Under the pieces are notes generated by a model, which was not told where the DNA came from, ran no database searches, and saw only the letters and a program-made list of their open reading frames with translations. A stretch of DNA of 64,000 nt from Methanocaldococcus sp. 16A (GTDB lineage Archaea; AGJL01; Methanococci; Methanococcales; Methanocaldococcaceae), in the NCBI GenBank assembly GCA_049860595.1, contig CP187551.1; one strand, given 5' to 3'. Numbering within the stretch: position 1 is the first letter of the stretch; every line of letters begins with the position of its first letter. Position numbers and translations under genes: made by a program. This document shows positions 42,082-52,390 of this stretch, piece after piece.

Positions 42082-42113
42082 TCCGTAAAAAATATATACC
42101 TAATGCAATTTAA
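41760..42113 (+). pseudogene. Truncated transposase, N-terminal HTH only
   Basis: SLRAMEIL...IDHSVIYYWEKKL resembles a transposase N-terminal HTH. The ORF runs through the right TIR and has no DDE domain. Confidence 0.7.
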
Positions 42114-42146
42114 TTAAATATCATTAAATATAATTAAGGTGAAAAG

Positions 42147-42374
42147 ATGTCAGATGAGAGGAAATATACTACTGTTTCAATACCAATCCAACTTTATGAA
42201 AAGATTAAAAAAAGAATTGAAGGTACTGGATTTACATCTGTCTCAGATTATGTAACCTATGTTTTGAGGGAAGTTTTAGCAAGTTTAGAAGAGGAAGAGA
42301 AAGAAGAAGTATTTAGTGAGGAGGAAGAGGAGAAGGTTAAAGAGAGATTAAGAGCATTAGGATATTTAGACTAA
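42147..42374 (+). CDS. CopG/ribbon-helix-helix protein with an acidic linker and RLRALGYLD tail
   Basis: YTTVSIP...GFTSVSDYVTYVLRE RHH pattern; GGTGA RBS. Confidence 0.85.
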   Translation: MSDERKYTTVSIPIQLYEKIKKRIEGTGFTSVSDYVTYVLREVLASLEEEEKEEVFSEEEEEKVKERLRALGYLD

Positions 42375-42437
42375 TAGATTTTTTGCATATTTTTTATTTT
42401 TAATTAAACTTAATTAAATATCATTATGGTGATAATA

Positions 42438-43586
42438 ATGGTCTCAAAGCCACATGGAGGAAAATTAGTTAGAAAATTATTATCTGAGAAAAGTAAAGAG
42501 AGAATTTTAGAAGAAAAAGATGAATATCAAAAAATAAGTATTAGGGAAGGAACTGCAATAGACATTGAAAATATTGCACATGGAATATACTCCCCACTTG
42601 AAGGGTTTTTAAGAGAAGAAGAATTTCAACATGTTTTAGATAATATGAGATTGCCTGATGATTTACCATGGAGCATTCCTATAGTTTTAGATGTAAAAGA
42701 AGAGGATTTAAAATTTGATGTTGGAGATGAAATCCTTTTATATCATGGAGATATTCCAGTTGCAGTTATGAATGTTGATGATATCTACAAATATGATAAG
42801 AAAGAATTTGCTCAAAAAGTCTTTAAAACAACAGATATAGATCATCCTGGAGTAGCAAAAGTTTATAATATGAATGAATATCTTGTTGGTGGAGAGATTA
42901 GACTTTTAAATGAATTGCCTAACCCCTTTGAAAAATACACCTTAAGACCAATAGAAACAAGAGTGTTATTTAAAGAGAGAAAATTTGAAACTATTGTAGC
43001 ATTTCAAACGAGGAATGTTCCTCATTTAGGGCATGAATATTTACAAAAATCTGCATTAACCTTTGTTGATGGATTGTTTATAAACCCAGTTTTAGGAAAG
43101 AAAAAGAAAGGCGATTATAAAGATGAAGTTATTTTGAAAGCATATGAAACATTATTTAAGCACTACTATCCAAAGGATTCAGCAGTTTTGGCAACAGTTA
43201 GATATGAGATGAGATATGCCGGGCCAAGAGAAGCAATACACCACGCAATAATGAGGAAGAATTTTGGATGCACACACTTTATTGTTGGAAGAGACCATGC
43301 AGGGGTTGGAAATTATTACGGTCCTTACGAAGCACAAGAAATATTTAAAAACTTCCCTGATTTGGGAATAACGCCAATGTTCTTTAAAGAATTCTTCTAT
43401 TGTAAGAAATGTAAAGGAATAGTAAATGAAAGAATCTGTCCTCACCCAATGGAAGATAGAGAATATTTCAGTGGAACTAAAATCAGAAATATGATTGTTA
43501 ATGGTGAAATACCTCCAGAATACTTCATGAGAAAAGAGGTTTATGAAACAATAATGAGTTTTGAAAACCCATTTGTGGATGGTTAA
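42438..43586 (+). CDS. sat: Sulfate adenylyltransferase (ATP sulfurylase)
   Basis: PHGGKL, AFQTRNVPHLGHE, YAGPREA, VGRDHAG, SGTKIR. Confidence 0.95.
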   Translation: MVSKPHGGKLVRKLLSEKSKERILEEKDEYQKISIREGTAIDIENIAHGIYSPLEGFLREEEFQHVLDNMRLPDDLPWSIPIVLDVKEEDLKFDVGDEILLYHGDIPVAVMNVDDIYKYDKKEFAQKVFKTTDIDHPGVAKVYNMNEYLVGGEIRLLNELPNPFEKYTLRPIETRVLFKERKFETIVAFQTRNVPHLGHEYLQKSALTFVDGLFINPVLGKKKKGDYKDEVILKAYETLFKHYYPKDSAVLATVRYEMRYAGPREAIHHAIMRKNFGCTHFIVGRDHAGVGNYYGPYEAQEIFKNFPDLGITPMFFKEFFYCKKCKGIVNERICPHPMEDREYFSGTKIRNMIVNGEIPPEYFMRKEVYETIMSFENPFVDG

Positions 43587-43587
43587 T

Positions 43588-44520
43588 ATGCTAATAATTC
43601 ACCATTGGGATACTGATGGAATAACTTCAGCAGCTTTAACAGTTAAAGCTTTAAATTTAGAGGATTTTATAAATGTAATTCCACCAATTGGTGAGTTTAG
43701 ATTTGATGAAAGAATATGGAAAAAAATTGAACAGGCAGAAAAAGTTTATGTTTTGGATTTAAATCTCCCGCAAGAAGTAGAAAATATTAACAAGGAAACA
43801 ATATTCATCGATCATCACATACAAAAAAGGATTGAAAATCCAAATGTTAAGCAAATAAATCCAGTTTTAGAAGGTAAAAATTTTCCATCTGCATCTTTTG
43901 TGGTTTCAGATTATTTCTCATACTGGAACTGTTTATCTGCACTTGGAGCTGTGGGGGATATTGGAGAGAAGGCATTTAACATTTCAAAAGTTAAAAAACT
44001 TCTGAATTTGGAAGAAATTGATAGGGAAGATGCATTAAAATTGGTTCAATTGATTGATTCAAATTATATTGTAATGGAAAGAGATGAGGTTGAAAATGCC
44101 GTGAAAGTTATTTTAAACTTAGAGCCAAAAGAACTTTTAGAGTATGAAAAATGGAATAAGAATCTTGAAAAAATCAATGATGCAATAGAAGATGCAATTT
44201 CAAATATAATAGTTAAAAATGGAATCGCATTTATTAAATTTGAGAGTAAATTTAACATTATCTCAAAAGTTGCAAGGAAAGTCGTTTGGAAAATGGGTTA
44301 TGATGGAGCAGTAGTTGTAAATGAAGATTTTAACGGAAAAGCACAGATATATTTCAGAATTTCATCTAATTTAACTGACAAAATAAAGATGGCTGAACTT
44401 ATCCAAACATTAAAAGACAAAAATTACAACGCTGGTGGGAAGAAGGATGTCTTAGGATGTATTTTGGAAAAAAGTGATGTTGATGATGTTTTGAAAATTA
44501 TTAATACATATTTAAGGTGA
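43588..44520 (+). CDS. DHH-family phosphoesterase, likely PAP phosphatase
   Basis: HHWDTDG, LDL, IDHH, GAVGD, NAGG; located between sat and cysC. Confidence 0.8.
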   Translation: MLIIHHWDTDGITSAALTVKALNLEDFINVIPPIGEFRFDERIWKKIEQAEKVYVLDLNLPQEVENINKETIFIDHHIQKRIENPNVKQINPVLEGKNFPSASFVVSDYFSYWNCLSALGAVGDIGEKAFNISKVKKLLNLEEIDREDALKLVQLIDSNYIVMERDEVENAVKVILNLEPKELLEYEKWNKNLEKINDAIEDAISNIIVKNGIAFIKFESKFNIISKVARKVVWKMGYDGAVVVNEDFNGKAQIYFRISSNLTDKIKMAELIQTLKDKNYNAGGKKDVLGCILEKSDVDDVLKIINTYLR

Positions 44521-44524
44521 TAGA

Positions 44525-45916
44525 ATGGAGAATGTAAAAAAAGCATTTGTTATTGGCTTAGATTCTGCACCTCCAGAACTTTTATTTGATAAGTTATTAG
44601 ATAAATTGCCAAACATAAAAAAACTTTTAGAGAAATCAATATATGGCCCTATGAAAAGTTGTATTCCTGCTATAACCATTCCTGCCTGGATGGTGATGGC
44701 TACTGGTAAAACTCCAGGAGAATTAGGGCTTTATGGATTTAGGCATAGAAAAAAAGGAACTTATAATGATATTTGGATTGCTCACAGTTTGATGGTTAAA
44801 GAAAAAGCAGTATGGGATTATTTAGGGGAAGTAGGGAAAAAATCAATCTTAGTTGGCGTTCCTCCAAGTTATCCTCCAAAGCCTATTAAAGGACATTTGA
44901 TTTCTTGCTTTATAACCCCTGATGCATCAGTTAATTACACTTACCCAAAATCTCTCAAAAGTGAAATAGAAAACCTCGTTGGAGAGTATATATTTGACGT
45001 GGTTTTTAGGAAGGACAATAGAGATGAGGTAAAAGAATTACTTTGGGAGATGACTGAGAAGAGGTTTGAAGTTATAAGATACCTAATTCAAGAAAAAGAT
45101 TGGGACTATTTCCAATTTGTTGAAATTGGTTTGGATAGAGTCCATCATGCATTCTGGAAGTATTTTGATGAAAATCATCATTTATATCCAGGGGATGACA
45201 ATCCCTACAAAAATGTTATTCCGGATTATTACAAACTTCTCGATAAGGAAATTGGAAAAACTTTAAAATTATTAGATTTGGATGAAACCGCTGTTATTAT
45301 CGTTTCAGACCATGGTATAAAGGCGATGAAAGGGGCTTTTGCAATAAACCAGTGGTTGATTGAGGAAGGGTTATTAAAGATTAAAAATCCAGAGATTTTA
45401 GAATCTGGAAAACAGGTGAGATTTGAAGATTTGGATGTGGATTGGAAGAATACAATAGCATGGGCTTGGGGAGGTTATTACGCAAGAATCTTCCTCAATG
45501 TTGAGGGAAGAGAACCAAATGGTATAATAAAACCAGAAGATTACCATAAAGTTAGAGATGAAGTTGCTGAAATTATTAGAAGCATTAGGGGGCCAAATGG
45601 AGAGAGATGGGATACTAAGGTGTTCTATCCAGAGGATATATATCCAGAAACAAATGGAGATAAGCCAGATATGATGGTTTATTTAGACAATTTGTGTTGG
45701 AGGTCTGCTGGAACTTTGGGTTATGATAGCCCATATCTTTTAGAGAATGATACAGGGCCTGATGATGCGGTTCATTCTGAATATGGGGTATTTTCTATTT
45801 ATTTACCAGGAATGGAGGAAAGTAAGCAAATTACCTCAACTATTTATGACTTTGCTCCTACGGTTTTAAAGCTCTTTGGGATAGAAAAAAATCTTAGGGG
45901 GAGAAGTATAGTATGA
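44525..45916 (+). CDS. AlkP-superfamily protein (COG3379 type) within the sat-cysC operon
   Basis: GLDSA, SCIPAITIPAW (Thr nucleophile), DRVHHAFW, SDHG, GPDDAVH, DFAPTVL. No signal peptide. Confidence 0.85.
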   Translation: MENVKKAFVIGLDSAPPELLFDKLLDKLPNIKKLLEKSIYGPMKSCIPAITIPAWMVMATGKTPGELGLYGFRHRKKGTYNDIWIAHSLMVKEKAVWDYLGEVGKKSILVGVPPSYPPKPIKGHLISCFITPDASVNYTYPKSLKSEIENLVGEYIFDVVFRKDNRDEVKELLWEMTEKRFEVIRYLIQEKDWDYFQFVEIGLDRVHHAFWKYFDENHHLYPGDDNPYKNVIPDYYKLLDKEIGKTLKLLDLDETAVIIVSDHGIKAMKGAFAINQWLIEEGLLKIKNPEILESGKQVRFEDLDVDWKNTIAWAWGGYYARIFLNVEGREPNGIIKPEDYHKVRDEVAEIIRSIRGPNGERWDTKVFYPEDIYPETNGDKPDMMVYLDNLCWRSAGTLGYDSPYLLENDTGPDDAVHSEYGVFSIYLPGMEESKQITSTIYDFAPTVLKLFGIEKNLRGRSIV

Positions 45917-46452
45917 AGCAGGAAAAATCTTATATGGGATTTACAATCTGGCTCACAGGTCCTAGTGGTGCTGGAAAAACCACATTAGCTAATGCTTTAA
46001 AGAAAAAACTTAAAGAAATGGGTTACAAAGTTGAGATCTTAGATGGAGATGAAATAAGAAATTCCCTATATCCAAATTTGGGGTTTAGTAAAGAGGCAAG
46101 AGAGATGCATAATAAAGTAGTTATTCACATGGCTAAATTGTTATCAAGAAATGGAGTAATTGCAATAGTCTCTCTAATTTCTCCCTACAAATCTGTTAGG
46201 GAGTATGCGAGAAAAGAGATTGGGAGATTTATGGAGGTTTATGTTTATGCTCCTTTAGAGGAAAGAATTAAAAGAGACCCAAAAGGACTTTATGCTAAGG
46301 CATTGAAAGGAGAAATAAAAGGATTAACTGGCTATGATGGAGTTTATGAAGAGCCAGATAATCCAGAAGTTAAAGTTGACACTTCCAAAATGAGTGTTGA
46401 TGAGGAAGTTGAAATAGTAATCAAAAAGGCAAAGGAATTAAATTATCTTTAA
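45913..46452 (+). CDS. cysC: Adenylyl-sulfate (APS) kinase
   Basis: WLTGPSGAGKTT, LDGDEIR, LGFSKEAR, ISPY, RDPKGLY, YEEP. Confidence 0.95.
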   Translation: MKQEKSYMGFTIWLTGPSGAGKTTLANALKKKLKEMGYKVEILDGDEIRNSLYPNLGFSKEAREMHNKVVIHMAKLLSRNGVIAIVSLISPYKSVREYARKEIGRFMEVYVYAPLEERIKRDPKGLYAKALKGEIKGLTGYDGVYEEPDNPEVKVDTSKMSVDEEVEIVIKKAKELNYL

Positions 46453-46453
46453 A

Positions 46454-47212
46454 GTGAGCCCTATGGAATTCATATTTATAATTCTTGGGTTTGTTGTTGG
46501 GTTTCTTGTGGGTTTAACTGGAATTGGGGGAGGCGTTTTAATGACTCCTTTATTAATATTTTTGGGAGTGGAACCTCTTATAGCAGTTGGGACTGATTTA
46601 CTGTATGCTGCAATAACCAAGATTGTAGGGGCTATTTTACACAATAAAAAAGGGAATATAAATATTAACATTGCTCTAAAATTATTCTTAGGGAGTTTAC
46701 CAGCTATAATAGTTGGTTCTATAGTTTTAAGGTTGGTTGATAGAGTGGAGATAAACAATTTTTTAACAATAATACTTGGTGTAATTTTAATAATCACTTC
46801 TATTATAAATTTGAAAGGACGATTTGTAAAAAAAATATGCTTTAGTTCATCTGTTTTAGTGTTCTTTGGATTTTTAGTAGGTTTGATAGTCCAATTTACA
46901 TCAGTTGGTAGTGGTGTTTTAGTAACTCTTGCATTAACGAATTTCACAAAACTTTTACCAAGATCTGTTGTTGGAACAAGTATTTTCTATGGCCTCTTAT
47001 TAACTTCGCTCAGTACTTTGAGCCATATAAGTTTGGGAAATGTTGATTACAGTTTAGCTTTATCGCTAATACTTGGAACCATTCCTGGAGTTTATGTTGG
47101 GACCTATGTGAATTCTAACATCCCACAGGACAAACTTAGGAAATTTATTAATTTGATAATTTTATTTATGGGAATTTATATTTTAGAATGTAACCTATTA
47201 AAATTTGTTTAA
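46454..47212 (+). CDS. TauE/SafE (TSUP) sulfur-oxyanion transporter
   Basis: GLTGIGGGVLMTP, AVGTDL, TSVGSG, GTIPGVYVG. Confidence 0.88.
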   Translation: MSPMEFIFIILGFVVGFLVGLTGIGGGVLMTPLLIFLGVEPLIAVGTDLLYAAITKIVGAILHNKKGNININIALKLFLGSLPAIIVGSIVLRLVDRVEINNFLTIILGVILIITSIINLKGRFVKKICFSSSVLVFFGFLVGLIVQFTSVGSGVLVTLALTNFTKLLPRSVVGTSIFYGLLLTSLSTLSHISLGNVDYSLALSLILGTIPGVYVGTYVNSNIPQDKLRKFINLIILFMGIYILECNLLKFV

Positions 47213-47326
47213 AGCTTTTAAAAATGGAATTTGGACAATTTGTAGAATTTTAGAGTTTAAAATTAATATTAATTTTAATTTTAGACTTTAAACAGAATAC
47301 TTAAGTATTTCAATAATTCTTAATAA

Positions 47327-48382
47327 TTATAAAATTCTTTTTATAGCATTCCAAATTAAGAAAGATTGAGGCTTTAAACTTCCATCTATTGGATTTAAAA
47401 ACAATATATTTTTTTTAATTAAGAATTCTTTGGTGTCCTCATCAATCAAGTATTCGTCAATTGTGTAGGTATCTTTGAATAAAGAAAGTGCTTTAACAAC
47501 GTTATCATAGGATATATTTTCAAACTTGTTATTTTTTATTTTTATAAGTAATTTCTTTATCTTTGATTTTTCTATGTTTAACATCGTCTCTAAAATTTCT
47601 TTAAGCTTATTATATCTCATTTTATCTATAACTTTTAAAATTAAAATGGGCTTTCCCCCCACATAAGAGTAAATTAACTCTTTCTCTTCGTTAGAGAGAT
47701 TTCTATTTAACAACTCTTTAGCTAAGATATCCATAAACTTAAAAGCAGTCTCTCTATCGAAATCATCCACCAAAATATAATCAGCTCTATCATTGAGCAT
47801 TGCCTCATTATAAACCTTCTCAATAAATAAGCTATCAGAGCTTAAACAGAAAACATGGCATAGATGTTTGTGCTTAGTTAAAGAGATGAAGTAGTTAAAA
47901 AGTTCATATATTAAAAATCCATTAATTTTCATGTCACCAATTTTTTGTAATTCGTCGAGGATAATAACTGGCTGTTTGCCTTGCTTTTTTAACTCTAACA
48001 AAATATTAGTTATATATTTGAAAACATTTTTAGTTGTTTTTTTATTTAACAACTCATTTAACGTATTTTTAGGTACAGGAATGCCACTAACAACAGGAAT
48101 ATCTTTAATTAGCCCTTTAATAATCTCTAATGGTTTTTTATCTCCGCTGTATTCTTCAAACAACACCTCTATAAACTCCTCATATTTTGATAAAAATATC
48201 TCCCTCAAATCAAAATAAAAAACTATATACCTATTTTTATCCAACCTGTTGTTAATTATCTCATTAATTAATGCTGTCTTTCCACTGTTTATAGGGCCAA
48301 ATATAAAGTAAATAAAATTAGGCTCCCCTTCTATAATAGATAAAATTTCTTTTATTTCCTTTTCTCTATCAAAGAATTTCAT
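47327..48382 (-). CDS. Archaeal ATPase (ATPase_2, MJ-type P-loop)
   Basis: [37 protein letters not shown]. Confidence 0.88.
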   Translation of the reverse strand: MKFFDREKEIKEILSIIEGEPNFIYFIFGPINSGKTALINEIINNRLDKNRYIVFYFDLREIFLSKYEEFIEVLFEEYSGDKKPLEIIKGLIKDIPVVSGIPVPKNTLNELLNKKTTKNVFKYITNILLELKKQGKQPVIILDELQKIGDMKINGFLIYELFNYFISLTKHKHLCHVFCLSSDSLFIEKVYNEAMLNDRADYILVDDFDRETAFKFMDILAKELLNRNLSNEEKELIYSYVGGKPILILKVIDKMRYNKLKEILETMLNIEKSKIKKLLIKIKNNKFENISYDNVVKALSLFKDTYTIDEYLIDEDTKEFLIKKNILFLNPIDGSLKPQSFLIWNAIKRIL

Positions 48383-48396
48383 TTTTAACACCCTAA

Positions 48397-49494
48397 TTAA
48401 AGTATTTCTTTTATAGCGTTCCAAACTAAGAAAGACTGAGGTTTTAAACTTCCTTCAATAGGATTCAAAAATAAAATATTTCTTTTAATTAAGAACTCTC
48501 TAATTTTTTTAGGTATTTTTATATCTTCAATTTTATACTCTTTCTTAAATAAACTTAAATTATCAACAACCTTTTTATAGAGTTCTTCATCTTCTTCTTT
48601 AACATCTTCTAAGAAGTATTTTAATTTCTGAATTTCTTCTTTTAACATTAAATCTAAAATTTCTTTTAACTCTTTAAATTTCCTTTCTTCAACAACATAC
48701 TTTATATCCTTTGCTTTTCCACCTACATAAGAATAGATTAATTCTTTATCCTCATTAGTCAAGTTTATATTATTTTCTTTAGCTAAAAAATCCATAAACT
48801 TTAGAGCTTTATCTTTAGAGAAATCATCTACTAAAACATATTTAGCTCTACCCTCCAACATTGCCTCATTATAAACTCTCTCAATAAATAAACTATCTGA
48901 ACTTAAACAAAAAACATAAGCTACATGTAACTCTTTAGTTAATCTAACAAAAAAGTTAAAAAGTTTATAAATTAAAAATCCATTAATCTTCAAATCACCA
49001 ATAACTTGCAATTCGTCTATAATTAAAATAGATTTTTTGCCTTTTTTATTTATTTCAATAAAATACTCTTCTAAGAATTCAAAAATATCCTCTATATTGT
49101 CTTTTTTCAACAATAGTTGTGTTAATAAATTTTTAGGTATTGGTATTCCGCTAACAACTCCTCCTGATAACTTAGATATTATAGTTGATTTTATAACCTC
49201 TGGAAGGTCTTTTACTAAAGACAATAGAGCAGTTTTTATCTTATCAATCAAAGATTCCTCATAAACATTAAATAAAACCTTTAAAAACTTATCATAATCA
49301 TCAATAAACCTTCCCCTAAGATTTATATAAAATACTACATACTTATTTTTATCTAACCTATTGTTAATTATCTCATTAATTAAGGCAGTTTTACCACTAT
49401 TTAATGGACCATAAATAAAATAAATATCATCCGATTCCTTATTTAAAATATGCAATATCTCATCAATTTCTTTTTCTCTATCAAAAAGTTTCAT
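48397..49494 (-). CDS. Archaeal ATPase (ATPase_2, MJ-type), tandem paralog
   Basis: [44 protein letters not shown]. Confidence 0.88.
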   Translation of the reverse strand: MKLFDREKEIDEILHILNKESDDIYFIYGPLNSGKTALINEIINNRLDKNKYVVFYINLRGRFIDDYDKFLKVLFNVYEESLIDKIKTALLSLVKDLPEVIKSTIISKLSGGVVSGIPIPKNLLTQLLLKKDNIEDIFEFLEEYFIEINKKGKKSILIIDELQVIGDLKINGFLIYKLFNFFVRLTKELHVAYVFCLSSDSLFIERVYNEAMLEGRAKYVLVDDFSKDKALKFMDFLAKENNINLTNEDKELIYSYVGGKAKDIKYVVEERKFKELKEILDLMLKEEIQKLKYFLEDVKEEDEELYKKVVDNLSLFKKEYKIEDIKIPKKIREFLIKRNILFLNPIEGSLKPQSFLVWNAIKEIL

Positions 49495-49531
49495 TAGATT
49501 CACCATTTAATAACCTTCAAAACTTATTTTC

Positions 49532-49627
49532 AATAGGACTTCGCAGTTTATATATTTATTAATGAAAAAAATGATGCCAAAGGCATCAAATATTCCTTCT
49601 AATATTTATTCCTGCGAAAGTCTTATT
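49532..49627. repeat. MJRE-like palindromic miniature element (96 bp)
   Basis: Terminal inverted repeats AATAGGACT-TCGCAG and CTGCGAAAGTCTTATT; internal hairpin GATGCC-AAA-GGCATC. Confidence 0.75.
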
Positions 49628-50497
49628 CAATTCATTTAATGCTTCATCAACATTTTTTAATTTAATATTCAACAATTTTTCAACTTTCTCACTATTTAAA
49701 GATGTATCTTTTGGTCTCTTAGCTTTCCATCCCAATTCAGAACTTTTAATTGGTTTTATTAGGTCTTTGTTATAACCAAAAACCTCAGCAACTTTCAAAG
49801 CAAACTCATACCTACTAACTTTTTCTCCCCCACCGAAGTGCAATAATCCATTAATATCATTTTCATAAATTTTGATAATTCCCTCAACTAACTCATTAAC
49901 ATAAGTAGGAGTGTTCCATTGGTCAATTACTGCTTTTATAACCTCATTATTTTTCAATTTTTCTAAAACCCACATAAAGAAATTAACTTTAATTGGACTT
50001 ATACAGTAAGGAACAGATATTCTAACAATAGATATTGCATCATAATCTAATTCATTTAATAATCTCTCCCCTTCTGCTTTTGTATATCCATAATAATTTA
50101 TGGGATTGATTATATCCTCTTCTGTGTAATTTCCTTTTTCTCCATCAAAAACATAATCGGTAGAGATGTGGCATAAATTACAACCAATTTCTTTACAAAT
50201 CTCTCCAATATATTTAGCTCCTAAGGCATTTATTTTATAAGCTAAATCCCTCTCAATTTCACACAAATCAACATTTGTCATTGCTGCAGTATTTATAACA
50301 AAATCAGGATTTATTTTTCTTATTGTTTCTTTGATTTTATTTTCAATGGTTATGTCAACAAAATATTTTTTTACATCTTTAAAAAATCCTTTATCACTTC
50401 TTGTTATAATATAAATTTCATAATCATCCAATTCCAAATATTTCTTAACTAACTCATAGCCAATCATCCCTAAGCCAATAACGGCTACTTTTTCCAT
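49586..50497 (-). CDS. rfbD: dTDP-4-dehydrorhamnose reductase
   Basis: GLGMIG, AAMTNVD, ISTDYVFDG, YGYTKAEGE, DQWNTPT, AKRP. Confidence 0.92.
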   Translation of the reverse strand: MEKVAVIGLGMIGYELVKKYLELDDYEIYIITRSDKGFFKDVKKYFVDITIENKIKETIRKINPDFVINTAAMTNVDLCEIERDLAYKINALGAKYIGEICKEIGCNLCHISTDYVFDGEKGNYTEEDIINPINYYGYTKAEGERLLNELDYDAISIVRISVPYCISPIKVNFFMWVLEKLKNNEVIKAVIDQWNTPTYVNELVEGIIKIYENDINGLLHFGGGEKVSRYEFALKVAEVFGYNKDLIKPIKSSELGWKAKRPKDTSLNSEKVEKLLNIKLKNVDEALNELNKTFAGINIRRNI

Positions 50498-50501
50498 AAA
50501 A

Positions 50502-51497
50502 TCACCATTTTAACTTCCAAGGTGTTGGATGTAAAACCTTCTCATTAATTAATGGCTTCCACCACCACTCGTTGTTAAGATACCATTCAACTGTCTCTCT
50601 CAACCCCTCTTTAAATTCAAACTTTGGTTTCCAACCAAGTTCTTTTATTTTAGTGGCATCTAAGCTGTATCTTATATCATGCCCTGGTCTGTCCTCAACA
50701 AATTCTATTAAATCATAAGATTTATTCATAATCTTTAATATTTCCTTAACAACATCTATATTCTTTTTCTCTTGATTTGAAGCTATATTATAAATTTCTC
50801 TCTTTTCCCCTTTCTCCAAAACTAACTCTATTCCTCTACAGTGGTCTAAAACATAAAGCCAATCTCTAACATTCTCTCCTTTTCCATATACTGGTATTTT
50901 TAAATCCATTTTAGCCCTAATTATTGTTTTAGGAATCAATTTTTCTGGAAATTGGTAAGGCCCATAATTGTTTGAACATCTTGTTATCTTTGCATTTAAG
51001 TTGTAGGTTCTTGCCCATCCTAAAACAAGCATATCTCCTCCTGCTTTACTTGCAGAGTAAGGAGATGATGGTAGTAATCTATCATTTTCTGTAAAAGATC
51101 CTTCTTCAATATCTCCATAAATCTCATCCGTACTGACCTGAACAAAATTTACTTCTGGATTATACTTCCTAATTGCCTCTAATATTGTATAAACTCCAAT
51201 AATATTACTCTCTATGAATGAATAAGGATTGGATATACTCCTATCCACATGAGTCTCTGCTGCGAAATTTACAACTGCATCAACCCCTTTAATAATCTCC
51301 GAGACTAACTCAAAGTCAGTAATATCTCCTTTAATAAATTTATGTCTATCCTCATCTATTCCCTTCAAATTCTCCAAGTTTGAACCATATCCAAGTTTAT
51401 CCAAATTTATAACTTCCCAATCTTTGTGTTTATCTAAAATATATCTTATAAAATTACTCCCTATAAAACCAGCCCCTCCTGTTACCAATATTCTCAT
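50502..51497 (-). CDS. rfbB: dTDP-glucose 4,6-dehydratase
   Basis: GGAGFIG, AAETHVDRSI, STDEIYG, YSASKA, NNYGPYQFPEKLIP, DRPGHD. Confidence 0.95.
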   Translation of the reverse strand: MRILVTGGAGFIGSNFIRYILDKHKDWEVINLDKLGYGSNLENLKGIDEDRHKFIKGDITDFELVSEIIKGVDAVVNFAAETHVDRSISNPYSFIESNIIGVYTILEAIRKYNPEVNFVQVSTDEIYGDIEEGSFTENDRLLPSSPYSASKAGGDMLVLGWARTYNLNAKITRCSNNYGPYQFPEKLIPKTIIRAKMDLKIPVYGKGENVRDWLYVLDHCRGIELVLEKGEKREIYNIASNQEKKNIDVVKEILKIMNKSYDLIEFVEDRPGHDIRYSLDATKIKELGWKPKFEFKEGLRETVEWYLNNEWWWKPLINEKVLHPTPWKLKW

Positions 51498-51499
51498 TT

Positions 51500-52378
51500 T
51501 TACCCCTCATTTGCTAATCTTTCTAAATATCTTCCATAGTCAGTTTTTAATAATGGTTTAGCAAGCTCCAATAACTGTTCTTTAGTTATCCATCCATTTC
51601 TATATGCAATCTCTTCCAAGCAACCTATCATTAACCCCTGCCTTTTTTCAATTGCTGCAACAAAGTTTGTCGCTTCTAATAAACTTTCATGAGTCCCAGC
51701 ATCAAACCATGCAATTCCTCTTGGTAAAAGCTTAACTTTCAGCTTTCCTTTTTTTAGATATTCATTGTTTATATCAGTTATTTCCAATTCCCCCCTCCAA
51801 GAAGGTTTTACATTTTTAGCTATTTCAATAACCTCATTATCATAGAAATATAATCCAATGACTGCATAGTTTGATGGAGGATTCTTAGGTTTTTCTATTA
51901 TTGATTTTACATTTTTATTTTCATCAAATTCAATAACTCCATATCTCTCTGGGTCATTTACATACTGCCCAAATACAACCCCTCCCCCTTCTTTTTCTAA
52001 CTCTTCTTTTGCTTCAAGTAAAAGTCCAGTTAATCCACTACCATATAAAATATTGTCTCCCAAAATTAGGCAAACATTATCATCTCCTATAAAATCCTCT
52101 CCAATAATAAATGCCTCCGCCAATCCTCTTGGTTCTTTCTGCTCTTTATATTGCAAATTTATTCCAAATTGACTTCCATCTCCTAAGAGTTTTTTAAATC
52201 TTGGTAAATCTTCAGGAGTTGAGATTATCAATATATCTTTAATCTGAGCTAACATCAAAATTGATAATGGATAATATATCATTGGTTTATTGTATATTGG
52301 AATTAGATGTTTATTTCCAGCATAGGTTATTGGATATAACCTTGTTCCTGATCCTCCAGCCAATACAATCCCTTTCAT
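51500..52378 (-). CDS. rfbA: Glucose-1-phosphate thymidylyltransferase
   Basis: [33 protein letters not shown]. Confidence 0.95.
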   Translation of the reverse strand: MKGIVLAGGSGTRLYPITYAGNKHLIPIYNKPMIYYPLSILMLAQIKDILIISTPEDLPRFKKLLGDGSQFGINLQYKEQKEPRGLAEAFIIGEDFIGDDNVCLILGDNILYGSGLTGLLLEAKEELEKEGGGVVFGQYVNDPERYGVIEFDENKNVKSIIEKPKNPPSNYAVIGLYFYDNEVIEIAKNVKPSWRGELEITDINNEYLKKGKLKVKLLPRGIAWFDAGTHESLLEATNFVAAIEKRQGLMIGCLEEIAYRNGWITKEQLLELAKPLLKTDYGRYLERLANEG

Positions 52379-52390
52379 ATTATCACCTTT

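Noticed and set aside
46438-46947. 169-aa antisense ORF, and similar shadow ORFs such as 62111-62578, 39107-39493, 11121-11459 and 20068-20385
   Set aside because: They lie within or opposite well-supported genes and show no motifs or RBS.
42438-47212. Complete assimilatory or dissimilatory sulfate reduction pathway
   Set aside because: Only activation, PAP recycling and transport genes are present. No reductase is in the window, although one elsewhere cannot be excluded.
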